The position numbers and the translations under genes were made by a program. The notes beneath the pieces were generated by a model. That model had not been told where the DNA came from. It saw only the letters and a program-made list of their open reading frames with translations, and ran no database searches. A DNA stretch of 64,000 bases from Vicugna vicugna. Its lineage: Eukaryota. Of this stretch, positions 39,240 to 53,129 are shown in pieces. Position 1 is the first letter of the stretch; each line of letters begins with the position of its first letter. The stretch covers positions 8,863,490 to 8,927,489 of the forward strand of contig MU058844.1 in assembly GCA_013265495.1 (NCBI GenBank), read 5' to 3'.

Positions 39240-39900
39240 AAATTAGCAGGCCTGAGCGACTGATTAGCTGTGACAGAGAAAGGAAATTGTCCAGGGATTC
39301 CACAAGGTTTGATTGGGGTGATGAAAGATTGTGTTATGAACTGAGGTGTGAGGGACACTTGAAAAGGCAAGATGAACACTTCAGTTTGGACATATGTTTG
39401 AGATTTCTGGGTGATAGTAAGCACCAGGACAGATCAAGATTTAGGAATCATCAGTATATATTATTGTTGGTGGTTGTGGCTCTATAAATGAATTAGATTA
39501 TCCAAAGGAATCACAGAACAAGAAGACAGATGGACCAAGGATCGAATCCTGTGGAAAATCAAGGGAGCTCAGGAAAAGGGGCCTCCATGAAGTCTGAGAA
39601 GGGGTGATCGTGGGGATAAGAGTGGAACTAGAAGAAACTCCAGTATTTTTATGGAAAAAAAGTTTCATGGATTAAAATTTAAGGAGTGAAAATTCACCCC
39701 TGTTATAACAATATTCACATCTAAGAATAATCTTATTTAGCAACATATTTAGATCATTGTGCCCTTGACAAGATAAGATTCAGCATAATTGTAGAAGCAG
39801 AAACAGGTTTGGAATTTAATGATCAGTAAAGATATGGAGAGAGAAAAATGTGTACTAATCCTATAAGATGGTCTAAAAATAGAAGGAGAGACACGGAGAT
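39240..39900 (-). mobile_element. L2 fragment
   Basis: 'ttcagtttggacatatgtttgagatt...agatttaggaatcatcagtatata', antisense L2. Confidence 0.7.
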
Positions 39901-42900
39901 ACCTGGGGGATGATTCAAGGCTAACAAATGTATATTCAGAGACAATAATTAATATTCCTTAATGTTATAAGGCTAATACTCACCATGATGATAAAATTCA
40001 CTAAAAGTAAACTTTTATGTTTATAGAATCATCTCAGAATTCAGTAATTTGTTTTTCCTTTCATTTTAATTGCACTTAACTAACCTACACCTGACTCTAA
40101 TAATCAAAGCAGAAGCTAACTTTTGTTTTAGGGTCTATTTCATAATGTTTAATGTATACATTCTCGACAAAAGCTTATGTTGCTAGTATGAATAACGTAA
40201 TTTTACCATTACACAATTTTTGTTATACAAAATGTTCATGATAAATATTGAAAAAACTTTAAATGAAGAAGAAAATATCTCTGCCAAAAGACATGTCTAC
40301 ATAATTTTAAAATCATTAAAAATGTAGATAATCTTTCTATATTATTATGTTTATTTTTAAAAACATAAACAGAGTAGGGTCTGATAACCCTACATTTTTA
40401 AACTGCTATTCAGAAAAATCAAATTCAAATCAGTAGTCAGTTGGTCCTGTTTTATCTTTGAGGATGAATTTGCCCATTAAAAAAGGTTTATACACTATAT
40501 ACCACCTTTAGTAACATAGTTTCTTGAATCCTGTAATGTTTTATTTCTGTGGTTTTAATTCTGTATATCCTTTGACAGTAGAATGTCTGATCTAAAGGCT
40601 TTTCTGACTTAGAAGAAATAACTCTGCTTTTCAAAACTACTTAAGGATAGCAAATATCTTAGCTCTACCAATATTTATAATAAACTCTCCTGTGCTCAAA
40701 GGTATTTTCTTACAATATATGGTAATTATCATGGAACATGCTTTAGATAACTTACATCCAGACTACTCAAGGCACTACTTTATAGAAGAAAAAGAATGAA
40801 TCTTTATTTCCATAATAGTGTTTGTGTGTGTGTGTGGACAAGTGTGTGCATATATATATGAAAAGGACTAGGTAGGTTGAAATTAATAACACCTCTAAAC
40901 TGTACATTCCATACACCACCCCTCCACAGGCACAGACAATGCTTAAAAGTTATGCAAATTAATTTACAACAAAGAATTTACCTCAAGTTATAAAGAAAAT
41001 ATTTTTTTCCCCTCAGGGTCCTAAATCTTCATATTCCTTCCTCTGATGCTTTATCCACAAGAATCCTACATAAAAATATCTCCTCTCTTAGAAGCAAATA
41101 TTTTCAGCCTTTGGCCTACTAAATCAGAAACTCTGAATTTTTGTCATCTTCATGTTTTCCTCCTGGAATAGCGTTATCCATGGTGGCATTCATGTAAATA
41201 TATTTTATGTGGCTTATTTTAAAATGTCCCTCAACTAATTTATCTGAATAGGATTATTCTTATCACATTGGTTGTAGTATTCTGTATTGCGGGTTCCAAA
41301 TATCATACATAAATCTGTTTAAAAAATTAATGTCAGATACTTCCTTGATTGATTATTCTAACCTGATTTGAACTAAAATAGTATATTCATCCAGTCACTC
41401 ATATTTATTGAGTGCCTAACATATGTAGACATTGATCCAGGAGCTGGAAATTGAGCAGTGAATGAAACAAGGTCTTGGCCTTGAGGTAACACCCTGAATA
41501 GTAAATGGGAGAGCATTTATACATTTTGAAAGTTTTTATTGATTGATTTTCTTTTTACTAAAGAGAACCCATGTATTCTTAAGAGTTTCTAAGTAAATAC
41601 TATTACTGAAAAGTGTAAATTGTCTTTTTCTAGATAATATAAATCTAAATCCAATAGTGTGATATAATTATGTATAGATTTTTCAGAGGGAGTGGCCTAT
41701 AAAAGTCTTCATAATTATAAATATAACATTTAATTTCTTTGCTTTCCTTTTCCTTTCCTTCCTCAAACTAACTGGATATGTCTCCCTAAGTCTGAGCTGA
41801 GAGTTGTTACAAGGGAAGAGAATTGTAACTAGAATAAATAATTATATTTTGTCAATCAGTTTTTAAATAATTTATCATATAGCGTAGCATTTAGCAAATC
41901 AGAATAGCTTAATGTCTTAAAAAGTATTTACTGAGAAATTATCTTGCTTGGAATGTACACTTTCTAACAAGACCTCCCAATTGAGAGGAAGGGGAAAACA
42001 GATCTTCGTTTTTATGTTTAATTTGTTATACAATTGAAATATGTTCCTTAAATAAAATTTAGAAATTCAGAGGGAAATCTACATTTTCTATGTAAGCTTG
42101 CTACTTCTCTCATTAGGGTAATATCTACGATTTATTTCAATAACAACAACAACAAAAATGACTCTAGATTCATAATAAACCCAGATTTAAGATTAAAATC
42201 ACTTACTTTCACATACAAAAAAACTTGCTTCTTAAGAGAAAAAATATTCAAGGTCAAATGATAAAACTCTATTTCCTTTTAAGTGTATAAAGGTTTAGGA
42301 TAAAAGAGTATCTTTTCAGCTAGTGGGAGAAAACCAGCAGGAGATCAAATAGGACAGGACTAATTGGACCCCATTTTAATAGGTTAACTTTTTTATTGCC
42401 TGTTTTAAAAAAAAGAAAAAAACTGTCCAAAAAATCTTTAATTCCTTTCCTGAGAGAAGAGTTCATGATATGGCTTAAGAAATTCCTTGATCGATAATGA
42501 ATTCTGAAGAAATAAAAATACAGTAAATATGTATTATAAGCAAAAAGTTTTGTTGAAGCCAATAAATACAAGAAAACTTCAAAAGACCACACTAATTATA
42601 GGTCTCAATTGAACCTGCAAAAATATTGTGAGATCTGTTCACCTTGATTTATGTTCTGCTTCATAAGAGAAGCCTGGTTGCTTCATGCTTTTGTAAGTCA
42701 AATACGGAAGATTGATGTGCAAATATGCACTTTGCAAATCTTTTTCCTTACTATTCATTCAGTCACAATGTCTCCTGATGACATTATGCTACCACATTCT
42801 TTGTGTTTGGATTATGAGAGTGGAGAACCTGCAGGACACATACCTGGTAGAAGTGAAAAGCCAGCTTTTTTCCCCTTAACAATATGTAATTCAAAATAAA

Positions 42901-42959
42901 ACAAAACACATCAAAGCAATTTTCAATGACTATTGTTGTTGCTAGTACTGCTACTGAAT

Positions 42960-43180
42960 GCTACTAACAGCTAACCTTTATTTGCACTGGCTATGTGCAA
43001 TCATTTACGCTCCTATCAGTCATGTGAGGCAGGTACTATTATCGCATGAGTTTCATACATGAGACACTAAAACACAGAAATGTTAAGTAACTAATCCAAT
43101 GTTACATCAGTGGTAAAGTCAACATTTGAAACTAAGTATCCTGGCTCTAAAGCTCGTATTTCTAAATAAGCTATGTAGCC
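42960..43180 (-). mobile_element. MIR SINE
   Basis: 'gtgaggcaggtactattat...catacatgagacactaaaacacagaaatgttaagtaact'. Confidence 0.7.
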
Positions 43181-43870
43181 CCATATATTAATACTAACAC
43201 AAAACTGTATGACACAAAGCCACAATGTTTTGAAATTAAATTAGCTTCTTTGTTGGTTTTCTGATTGCAAAATTTTGGATAAATTATTTTTTCATTTTGG
43301 CGGACCCTGCTTGTTCAGACAATTATATAACAACACTGGGAATTAGGAATCAGGTCAGGAAGCTGCCTAAGGAAATTAGAGTTGAAGAATATAAAGTGCA
43401 AAACCATTTAGAGGAAACAAATCAATGGACGTGTAGTGGTGATCACTTGAGCAGAAAGATACGTTTTCTAAGGAAAATATATTTTTGGCTAGCATGTATG
43501 TGTGTGCAGATTGAGACTGGATCATTTATAAATGCTCCTATGGGGGGAATTCTTTCCATGGGGTTTGAAGAATATCATATGCTTTCTAGTGCCTCCTCAA
43601 AAGGATGCCTTTAAATTGCCTTATTTATTACTAAACCATTAGGTAGAAATGAATTGAATGTATATGTTCATATTTTTATTATGTGGTTAGACATTGAATG
43701 AGGAGTATTTTTAATCTGCGTTGTAAAATAGGTTAAAAATAAAGTGTGAGTCATCTGCTATGATGGTATATTCAGCAGCTAAAAATCACAGTGCTTTTTG
43801 AACATTCTTTTGTGTCAATATGACTGAGTCATTCATACATAATTGAAAAGAAATTGCTTTTTCTTTATAG

Positions 43871-44018
43871 GATTCCATATCATAACTGATAGTTACATGA
43901 CTTAAGGTATCAAAACTCAACATAGTAATCATCACAAAAGTGTTTTTCTTAGAAATTTAAGGATCCTTAAATATTCAGAAATGGCCAAGACAACAGAAAT
44001 GTGTGTGGAAGATATATT
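43871..44018 (+). other. Candidate exon of a plus-strand transcript (acceptor at 43871 or 43953), with a Kozak ATG at 43981
   Basis: ttgcttttctttatag|GATTCC or gtgtttttcttag|AAAT as acceptors. gaaATGg starts MAKTTEMCVEDI, then donor TT|gtgagt at 44018/44019. Confidence 0.45.
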
Positions 44019-44289
44019 GTGAGTTTTGCGAACTTTTTTATGATTCATACTGATAATTGTTCATAACAATGCAGGCAATCAGTTGATAACTTAGTATTTT
44101 CCCCCAACATCCCTTTGCTTTTAGAAATATAATTAGAGTCGTACAAATGCATAAAAACCAGAACAAGAAAAATCCTTATTTCTTTTGTTGATTCATTGGT
44201 GTAAAAATTTTAATTCTGTGAAATATTTGTATTTTATAATGAGCCATTATATGGAAAATATTATTAGAAATATATGATAACTTTAGTTC

Positions 44290-44930
44290 TTATATTAGTT
44301 ATCCATTCCTGTAATAAACAGTTATAGTTTTGTAAAACATCTAACCAACTGACTTAAAACAACATTTATTATTTTACGGTCTCTGTGGGTAGAGATTTAG
44401 TGTAATTTAGCTGTGTCCTCGGACTCAGGGTCTCTCACAAGGCTGCAAAGTGTTGCTCAGGTTTGCAGCCATCTCAATCTGAAATAGGGAAAGAGTGGCT
44501 TCTGCGTTCATATACATGAGCTCACAGGCTTTATTTCCTGGCTGGTTGTTGGCATGAGACATTAGTTTCTTGCCATGTGGACCTTCCCGTAGGGATATTT
44601 GCAATGTGGCAGCTTCCCCAGAGGATTGAGAGAGTATGAGTGAGAGAGAGAGAGAGGTCACAATTTTTTTAACCTGATCTCAGAAGTGACATCCCTAAGG
44701 GGTGAGTATAGCTCAGTGGTAGAGCATGTACTTAGCATGCATGAGGTCCTGGGTTCAATCCCCAGTACCTCCATTTAAAAAAATTAATAAATAAAAATAG
44801 AAGTGACATCCCATCAACTTTGACCATATTTTCACTAGATCCAGCCCACACTCAAGGGGAATGGATTACACAGGGCATGAAATTTAGGAGATGGGATCAT
44901 TGAGAGCTGTTTCAGATTCTTTCTACCACA
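44290..44930 (-). mobile_element. MaLR solo LTR (MLT1-type) carrying a SINE insertion
   Basis: 'tatattagttatccattcctgtaataa...gacttaaaacaacatttattatt...ccagcccacactcaaggggaatggattacacagggcatga...ctaccaca'. Confidence 0.8.
44699..44798 (+). mobile_element. tRNA-Ala(AGC)-derived SINE (camelid vic-1-like) with 14-bp TSD
   Basis: Body GGGGTGAGTATAGCTCAGTGGTAGAGCATGTACTTAGCATGCATGAGGTCCTGGGTTCAATCCCCAGTACCTCCA with A- and B-boxes, then an A-rich tail. TSD agaagtgacatccc at 44682-44695 and 44799-44812. Confidence 0.9.
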
Positions 44931-45724
44931 GTTTTCAAAGATATCTTAATATTGCAAAATAAATGAGAAGTATCTTTTCTTCTCTTTCCATTTTTGATAA
45001 TTTCCTTCTTTATAGAATTCTCTCCTTGGGTGTTACTTCTGGTCTGAAATGACTCATCTCCTTCTCATGACTGAATAAAGTTTGCTTTGGGCTATTATCC
45101 ATCAATAGGTACTTGTCAAAGTAATCTTATTTTATGAGCAAGACATTTGGCAAATGCATTGAGGACAGTGAAAGAATGAGTAACTTAATGTACTTCTTCC
45201 CATTGAGTTTGCACTTGAGATGCTTAAGATTGGGTAGAATTTGTGGAAATGATTCACTTGGTGTTAGTGACTAATTCCAGTAATGTGTTATCTTTTAATT
45301 ATGCCTTACATTTCAGTGCCTTAGAATAGAAGAAAAATATATAATGGGAGAATATCAGGTACTGGGACCTGAAAAGGGTTACTTTTCAGTAGAGGTCTTC
45401 GGAAGGCCTTGCTACCATCATGTAGGCAACTGTCTACTCCAAGCCTCCTTCCATGGCTTTGGGGATTTTTTGAAACAATATATTTATTGAGAACCTACAG
45501 AACAGAGAGAGGTAGATAAATCTATACTAAGGGAGTTGGAAAGAAAACACAGAATGATAATATAAGGCAATATATATGTGAAAATAAATATAATGGAAAT
45601 TCAGTGGATAGAGAAGTCACTGCTGGCTGAGCTGGTCAAGAAAGCATTGGTGGTTTTGAATCTGCAATACGCTTTAGACCCTGTAATTCAGGCAAGCCTT
45701 CTCTGGCTTACATTTTTAATATCC

Positions 45725-46200
45725 TGTTGTACTAGGTTGAATAATGGTCCCCCAAAGGTGTTCACATTTTAATTCCCAGAACCTGCAAATAAGTTACCTA
45801 ACATGGTAAACAGGACTTTGTAGATATATTTAAGGATCTTGAGATGGAAGGATTGTTCTGAGTTATTTGGGTGGGTCCAGTGCAATCATAAGGGTCCTTA
45901 TAAGAGGAAGGCAAGAGGGTTAGAGACAGAAAAAGGAGATGTGAAAATAGAACCAGAAATTAGAGTGAAGCTCTTTGAAGATGGAGAGTGGACCATAAGC
46001 CAAGGACCATAGGTTGCCTTTAGAAGTTGGAAAAAGCAATAAAATAGATTCTCCACTGAAGTCTCCAGAAGGAACACAGCCCTGCCAACACTTTGATTTT
46101 CAAATTTCTGGCCTCTAAAACTGTGAGAAAATACATTTGTGTTGTTTTAAGTCACTGAATTTGTAGTAATCCATTAAAACAGCCATAGGAAATTAATGTA
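45725..46200 (+). mobile_element. MaLR solo LTR (MLT1C/D-like)
   Basis: 'ttgaataatggtcccccaaagg...gattctccactgaagtctccagaaggaacacagccctgccaacac...tgtgttgttttaagtcactgaatttgtagtaa'. Confidence 0.9.
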
Positions 46201-46444
46201 CTCTTTATACCCTGGGATTCCCTTCATATACCTCCAGGTGCTATATTATCTTAAACCTTCTAGGTGGTCCTCTTGGGTCAACAACATTTCAGGTTGCCCT
46301 TCTTCCTGTGTAGCCCACATCTGGTCTTCAGAAGTGTGCGTGTGTGTGTGTGTGTGTTGGGGTTAGGAAGTGAGAAAATTCCTGATCTTTGGTTCCCATA
46401 TCTGAAGATACCACACATCTTGAAAAACAAAGATACTGTGCTAT

Positions 46445-47135
46445 ACACAAAGAAGACAACAAATGTTGATGAAGATATAGATAAATCAGAACCCTTGTAT
46501 ACTGTTGGTGGGAATGCACAATAGTGCAGCCTATGTGAAAAACAGTATAGAGATTCCTCAAAAAATTAAACATAGAAGTACCATATAATCCAGCAATCCC
46601 ACTGCTGGGTATTTATCCAAAAGAATTTAAATTAGGATCTCAAAAATATTTTAGCACCTCCATGTTCATTGCAACACTGTTCACAGCAGCTGAGATGTGG
46701 AAAAGGTCTAAATGGATGAATGGGTAAAGAAAAAGTAATATGTGTACACATGTATATATACACACACATATATGCACAATGGAATGTTATACAACCTTTA
46801 AAATGTTCCTGCAAAATACAACATGGATGAATCTTGAGGATATTATCTTAAGTAAAATAAGCCAGTCATAGAAGGACAAATTCTGCATGATACCACTTAC
46901 ATGAAGTATCTAAAGTAGTCAAAATCATAGAAGCAGAAAGTAGTGGTTTCCAGGGACTACGGAGAGGGTGAAATGAGGAGTTGCTAACCAATAGGTATAA
47001 AGTGTCAGTTAAGCAAAATTACTAAGTTCTAGAGACCTGCTGTACAACATTGCACCTACAGTTAATAGTACTGCTTTGTGCAGTTACAAATTTATTAAGA
47101 GGATAGATCTCATGTTAAATGTGCTTATTATATGT
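46445..47135 (+). mobile_element. L1MA-type ORF2 end and 3'UTR
   Basis: 'atactgttggtgggaatgcac...ccatataatccagcaatcccactgctgggtatttatccaaaaga...gaggatagatctcatgttaaatgtgctta'. Confidence 0.9.
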
Positions 47136-49529
47136 ATACATAATTATATATGTACTTTTTCCTACCTAATATGTCAATAATGCCCCCATTAAGAGAAGAT
47201 GTTTTCAATTCTGACAGAACCTTTCTTTGCAATATTTTAGCAAGACCTGGTGCAGTTCTTTGCTTGAGGATGTGGGAATGCTTGTCACCATAGCATTGTT
47301 CTTGGCCTTTGGGCCAAGCTTAATTTGAGAAGAATTCCAACTTTAATATTAGATTATATATAGCTACTACATTATGTATTCAAAATTCACAATCTAGTTT
47401 TGAGGATGCTGGAGGCAAAGGAATAAAGACTAATCTACCATTAAAAAGTAACTGCAAGCAGTTCTTTGCATGCTATGGTGTTAACTGAAACCAGTGCATC
47501 TCAGAACCAGAGTAACTGTGTCCTTGCTTTGCCCAGCAACTCAGTTGCCACAGAACTATGCAAACCAGGACATGGTTCTTATACTCACCAGATTTGGTTA
47601 ACACAGTGAGGACTATTTGCATTTGCTGTTTGGGTGACTTCATTTAAGAGAGTGAGTCACTTTTTTTTTTGCCACTGCACTCATCTCAAGAGACATAGAA
47701 TTCTATGCAATTTGGAATTCTTACCTGGCTGTGTGGCTCAGTTGAATGTTCTCATTTACATCTGGGAGGAATAATAAATAAGGAGAAACCGGTTCCAGAA
47801 ATACTAAGGAAAGTAGAGATCTGAATATAAAATATTCCAATCTTACTATATATGTGTAATATATATATATATATTAATTTACTGTATCTTATAAATCAAA
47901 GCATATTTATTATAAACTTTGAAACTTGTTTATTTTTTTGGAACTTGTTCAGTTCAAAAGAAGAAAAAGAGACTGTTTATAGAACATATGCTGACTACAG
48001 AACATTCTGTCATTGACTCTAAATCTCCAGGTTGCAAGGCTCTCATATTATGCTATATAATCTCAGTTAGTTTGGTAGTATAAGATCAGTGCATTTTATG
48101 CTCTTATTTCAGTCAGTTTCATTTCCTTTTATTTAATAGTATTTTGAGAATGTGATATTGATATTGCAAACATTAATTCATATCAGAATCCTGGTAGCAT
48201 CAATTGACACAGAGCTGCTTAGAAGAAAAACAGAGAAATTATATGTCCTCTTGCTATTTCTGGTTACCATTATAGTTGTCATTCTTTATTTCGAAAACAG
48301 AAGAAATAGGAAATGAACTTAAAATTTACCTCTTGAGATTTAGAACTTGACAAATTTTTTCTTAAAGAAAATAGGAATGTAAAGGGAATTTGCATATTCC
48401 TTAGATTCAAATTAGACATCTTTCTGAAATTTTTGCATATCTGATTTTAGAAAAATGCTTCTCATTACTGTTTCATCATGTTCTCTACCTGATTCCTCCA
48501 TGGCTACTATTTCCAAAATTAAGGTATTATCGTGAAATACTTAATAGTTAGCTGAAAATCCCTTGCCAAACGTTTCTGAAAGTTGAATTTAATGAATTTT
48601 AAAATATTTCATCTGCTTTCTTACCAGCTTCTCATAATTACCTTAAAACTATGTTAATTGGCTTAATACATAACATTTAGTAAGAGAGATATGTAGTTAG
48701 ATATATATTAGAAATATCTGTTTATTATACATACATATTTTAAATAAACTATTTGCTCTGTTTTTGTTTTCAGTTCATAAGCAATTCTTCCTTGCAGTTA
48801 TTTATAAATTAAAATGATTCATTGCTTTAAGTTACCAAAGTCAGTGGGATTGCAGATAATAGTTGGGAAAGACAGATATATTTTATCCTTTCCTCTAAAA
48901 AAGTCACCTAAGGATAATTTCCAGTTTCTTTTTTTTAACCGAGTAAAAATTTTAGGCTATTATTAAAACCTGACTTTTAAAAAGGGTAGGGTATTGTGTT
49001 TTTTCCTACTTATTTACTTGTGAGTCAGATAGGGAAAGATCAAGCATCAAATAATTGAAGGTTTAATTGTAAATTAAGATCCTAGTAATTGAGCCTCTGA
49101 CTCTGAACCAGCAAAGGCAGATAAATAGATAAGGCACATAAAGCAATTTTTCCAAGGTCACACAGCTAATAAGTAGTTAAACTAGGCTTGAAACTTCTCT
49201 TGATCACTAAGATATTTCTTCTTGCATGTGTTTTACATTTTGTATGCTTGAGGTAGAATTAAAAGGCTGCTGACTACCCCTCAGCCAGGGTCTCTTGGGA
49301 TGGTACCTCTTTTTAATGAAAATATCTGATCATCAGTCTTGTTATCCAGAAGCTGAAATTCAGCAGTAAACTCAAAGATAATCAGCTTCTCAAGGCTGGT
49401 ATACACTAACCAAATCCATATATATCGAGAATGAAAGTTTATTAATATAGGATAAGGCGCATTTCAGTAGTCCAGAGTACTACTGTCAGCCAGTCAGCTT
49501 GTCTTCTCTTTGTAGGAGATCATGGAAGG

Positions 49530-50830
49530 CTAAATTCAACATAAATTTATCAAATTCCTTCAGTATTCATTGGTCATGCTTTCTAGTAATTATTGAAGAA
49601 ATAGAGCTGATAAGTGCCCCACTGAGTTAATTTAACCTTCAAATGAATGGCAGAGACAGATAAGTAAAATGACAATTATAAAATGATGTGGTAGAGTTAC
49701 GAATGCATTAAGTACAAGAAGCTGTGGAAGTAACAGCAGAAATACTACCCCAGCTCAAAGGCCTCAGGAAAGTCTCCTGAGATGAGGTGATGCTTGGGTT
49801 GAGTCTCAAGGGTGAGTAAGATTAATCCAGAAAAGGAGCGTGGCTTTCTAGGCAGAAGGGTCTGTGGTGCAGAAGCATAGAAGTGAGAAGACACTTGACA
49901 CAAAAAGGAAGTACAGGATCATTATTATTGGAGTATAAGATTTCTTTTGAGGAAGTGGTAAAAGGTGAAATAAGAAAAGCGGTACAAAATTGTATAATGA
50001 AAGACTTCATGCAAAAAGATGCTTGATATTTTTTTCTTCCTAAGAAGAATGGGATCTTACTAAGGATTTTGAGTACAGGAGTGACATACATATATATTTG
50101 ATTTGAAACACATCATTCTGAAGTAGTGGTTCTTCAACTTTAGCCTGCATCAGACTCACTTGGAGGGTTTGTTTAATGCAGTTTCTGATTCAGCAGGACT
50201 GGGGTAAAGCCCCCCACCCAATGCATTTGTAAGTTCCCAGGTGACACTAATGCAACTGGTCTCCAGGTCACACTTTGAGAACCACTTCTCTGAAGAGATC
50301 ATATAAGGGCAAGAGTAGAAAAATGAACTCAAAACAGATACTATTTTGGAGAAATCCAAGAATTGGGGAAAAGTGAAATGAGGCTTTGAACTAAGGTAAT
50401 GAATGCAGTGGCTACTGAAAGCAGGTAGTAGATTGAGCTAAGCAGATGTTTAGAAGGAAAAATTGACTCACTTGGTATTTGAATACCCGAGTGAGAGAAG
50501 ATTCTATTGACCTCCAGAATCTCAGTTGGGTGATTGAATGTTTATTGGAAATGCCAACAGAGATAAGTGCTGGTGGAAGAAATTGGATGGAGGCAGTTGG
50601 CCAGAGTAATGACAGAGGAAGAGAGGAGATGATGTCTGATTTGGACATATTGAATTTGAGATAATAAGGACCCATTAATGTGTAAAAGTTGGCAAAGAGA
50701 AGCAGTGTCTGAGTCAGGATTTAGCAAAAGGTTCCCTTTATCACCTCAGCCATATGGAAGGGAATAGACAAGAAAAAAAACAGCACAAAAAAATCATAAA
50801 GGGAAGTGCTTCAAAGAGGCTATGCCATGA
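49530..50830 (-). mobile_element. L2 remnant with a nested MER5A (50122-50290)
   Basis: Antisense L2 text. MER5A reads 'agtagtggttcttcaacttt...gcatcagactcacttggagggtttg...cacactttgagaaccact'. Confidence 0.8.
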
Positions 50831-51199
50831 AAAAGGCAGAACTTTGAATCTCTTTAGCACTTTCTTCAGAAAACCCTATTCCATGCAACACTGTCACAAT
50901 TATGTTTTTGATACGTAATGGATTTACTGTCTAGGTTTGAGTTTGAGGAGAATACTTTGGAATTAGAAATATATAGCGAAAGTCTTTGGAATTTTAATTT
51001 TTGACTAAATCCAGTGGCATTAATGTTCATATCTGTAAGACAAATAAGGATATTCTTTTTTCCATCAGAGAATATCCACATTACCTCAGAAAAATTCTGC
51101 TTGCAATTTTATTCATTCCTTCTGTAAATATTGAATAAGTATGTTTTCTCCCAAGTCACTATGTAACAAGCCAAGATATCCTCCACATTTTTTCCACGT

Positions 51200-51440
51200 C
51201 TTCACTTAGAAGAGCATAACTGTTAAAAATCATTGCCCCTGTAGTTAGCCTGTATAGATTTGAAAAACTTATTAGTTGTGTAACCTTTGTCAAGTCATTT
51301 AAACTCTTTGAAGACTCAGTTTCATCATCTTTAAAGTGGTGAAAATAGTAACAGCTAAAAGAGCTGGGATGCTTTTTAATGAGGCAATGGCGCTCTTAGC
51401 ATGGCATCTGATAAATGCTCAATAAATGCGAATAATTATG
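51200..51440 (+). mobile_element. MIR SINE
   Basis: 'tagttgtgtaacctttgtcaagtcatttaaactc...ctcagtttcatcatctttaaagtgg...aaatgctcaataaatg'. Confidence 0.8.
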
Positions 51441-52078
51441 TTACCCAACCATGGTCTTAGGAGAGACTTACCTAGTATGCACTAAAAAACAAAATACAAT
51501 TTTCGCAATGTAAAATACTCAGACTTATTGTCACCCTATAAAATTTACACCTACAACCCCTGTATGTTGTCATTTTAACACATTCATTCTCTGAATTCTT
51601 CCTCTTGTTCTCTGGATCGACATCCTTTCCTACTGCTTTGACTTGAAGTCAAAGAGCATGTCATAGCCTCTGGATTCCATACACCAGCTTCAGTGTGTTG
51701 CTTTGTGCATATTTTGCATGCAATATATGTTTGTTAACTAAATTGTCTTTGTCATTTGGATGCCCTACTAGACTCTGAAGTCTTTGAAAGCTGTGACCTT
51801 GACTTATTCAACATCACACTCTCCATGTCCAGCACAGTGCCTCAGTCACAAAAGATGCTCAGTCATTCTCACTTAAAGGAATTAATTGTGCGGTTCAAGG
51901 AAAATTCACTTTTGGGCTGGACTATGCTCAAAGTAAAAGTGTAGATATTTTCCCCCTTTTTTTAATTTTAAAGAATGACTACATAGGACTCTTTCTAGCT
52001 TCCATAAGAAAGATTTATACAATTGGTTTTGTGTGTTTCCTGCTTCTTCTCTGCCTCCCAGGAAATTTACCCTGTAAA

Positions 52079-52092
52079 GTTGCCAAGGAAAC
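52079..52092. promoter_or_regulatory. RFX X-box-like motif GTTGCCAAGGAAAC
   Basis: Close match to the imperfectly palindromic RFX site (GTTGCCATGGCAAC-type). Function untested. Confidence 0.3.
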
Positions 52093-53129
52093 ACTAACAG
52101 CTTAAGTCTGGTAGAGGAGGAAGATGCCTCATTAATAAACTCAGCTTCATTTTTTGGATGCTTGCCTCAAGGAGCTGGTGTTCTGTGATGAAAGATTGTT
52201 TCCAATAAGCCTTATGTAAAAAACTGATTTTTTTTAAAAGAAATTTTGTTTTCTGACTGTTACTCATTCCCAGTGCTATGTACCTACACACTATGAAATG
52301 TTACATAAAAATAAACATTATTGATTTTTAGTTTAATGTATTTGAACTGTTTATTAATGCTCAGCACATATATTAAAGTTTTCAAGCATTGATTTATTTA
52401 TTGTAAAATGATTATGGTATCAGGTCTTTAATTTGAAGTATTGGCAGTATTTCACCAGAAGATAAATTTAATGTATTATTTATTATCTATTAAATCACTT
52501 TGCATATTTTCCTTCTTAGGAACTAGAAACCCTGGGATATATAGAAATGTATTGCCTCAGGATAAGATGATATAGAGTTGAGTGCCTTTTTTTCCAAGGA
52601 GGCTATTTTGTTAGAGATTATACTGGAAAAAATGTACACTGTGCTTGGGGTTTTAACACCTGGGATTTCAAAGCTTCTTTCCAGCATTTGCCAGCTGTTT
52701 GATCTTGGGCAAGTCATTCATTAATTTGTTCATTCAAGCATTCTAAAAAGATTTGTTATGCAAACACCATTGCCTTGAGCCATGTTTTCAAAGCGATGCA
52801 TTTATACAGAAATGAGAAATACTTCATTATTTAAATACTCTGAGCCATATATATATATATATATATATGATATTACCTGCTTTATTCATTCAGCACCTGT
52901 TGGACTCTTGACAATATTGTTCTTTTTACCTTATTCCTTTGGGCTTGGGGTGGTGATGACTTCCAGCTGTTGCTAGTCTCTGTGCTTCACCATTCCCCTG
53001 GATTCAGTAAACCACCCTTACCTCTATAGCATATCTTCTGATTAAGTGCTCTTTTACATTGTTTTTGAGTTTTCCTTCTGTTTCTGGGTGGAACTTTCAC
53101 TGATTTTGACAGCTAGTTACATTTGGCTT

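Noticed and set aside
44699..44773. Functional tRNA-Ala(AGC) gene
   Set aside because: It has an A-rich tail and 14-bp TSD, sits inside an LTR, and has an altered 5' acceptor-stem region, so it is a retroposed SINE.
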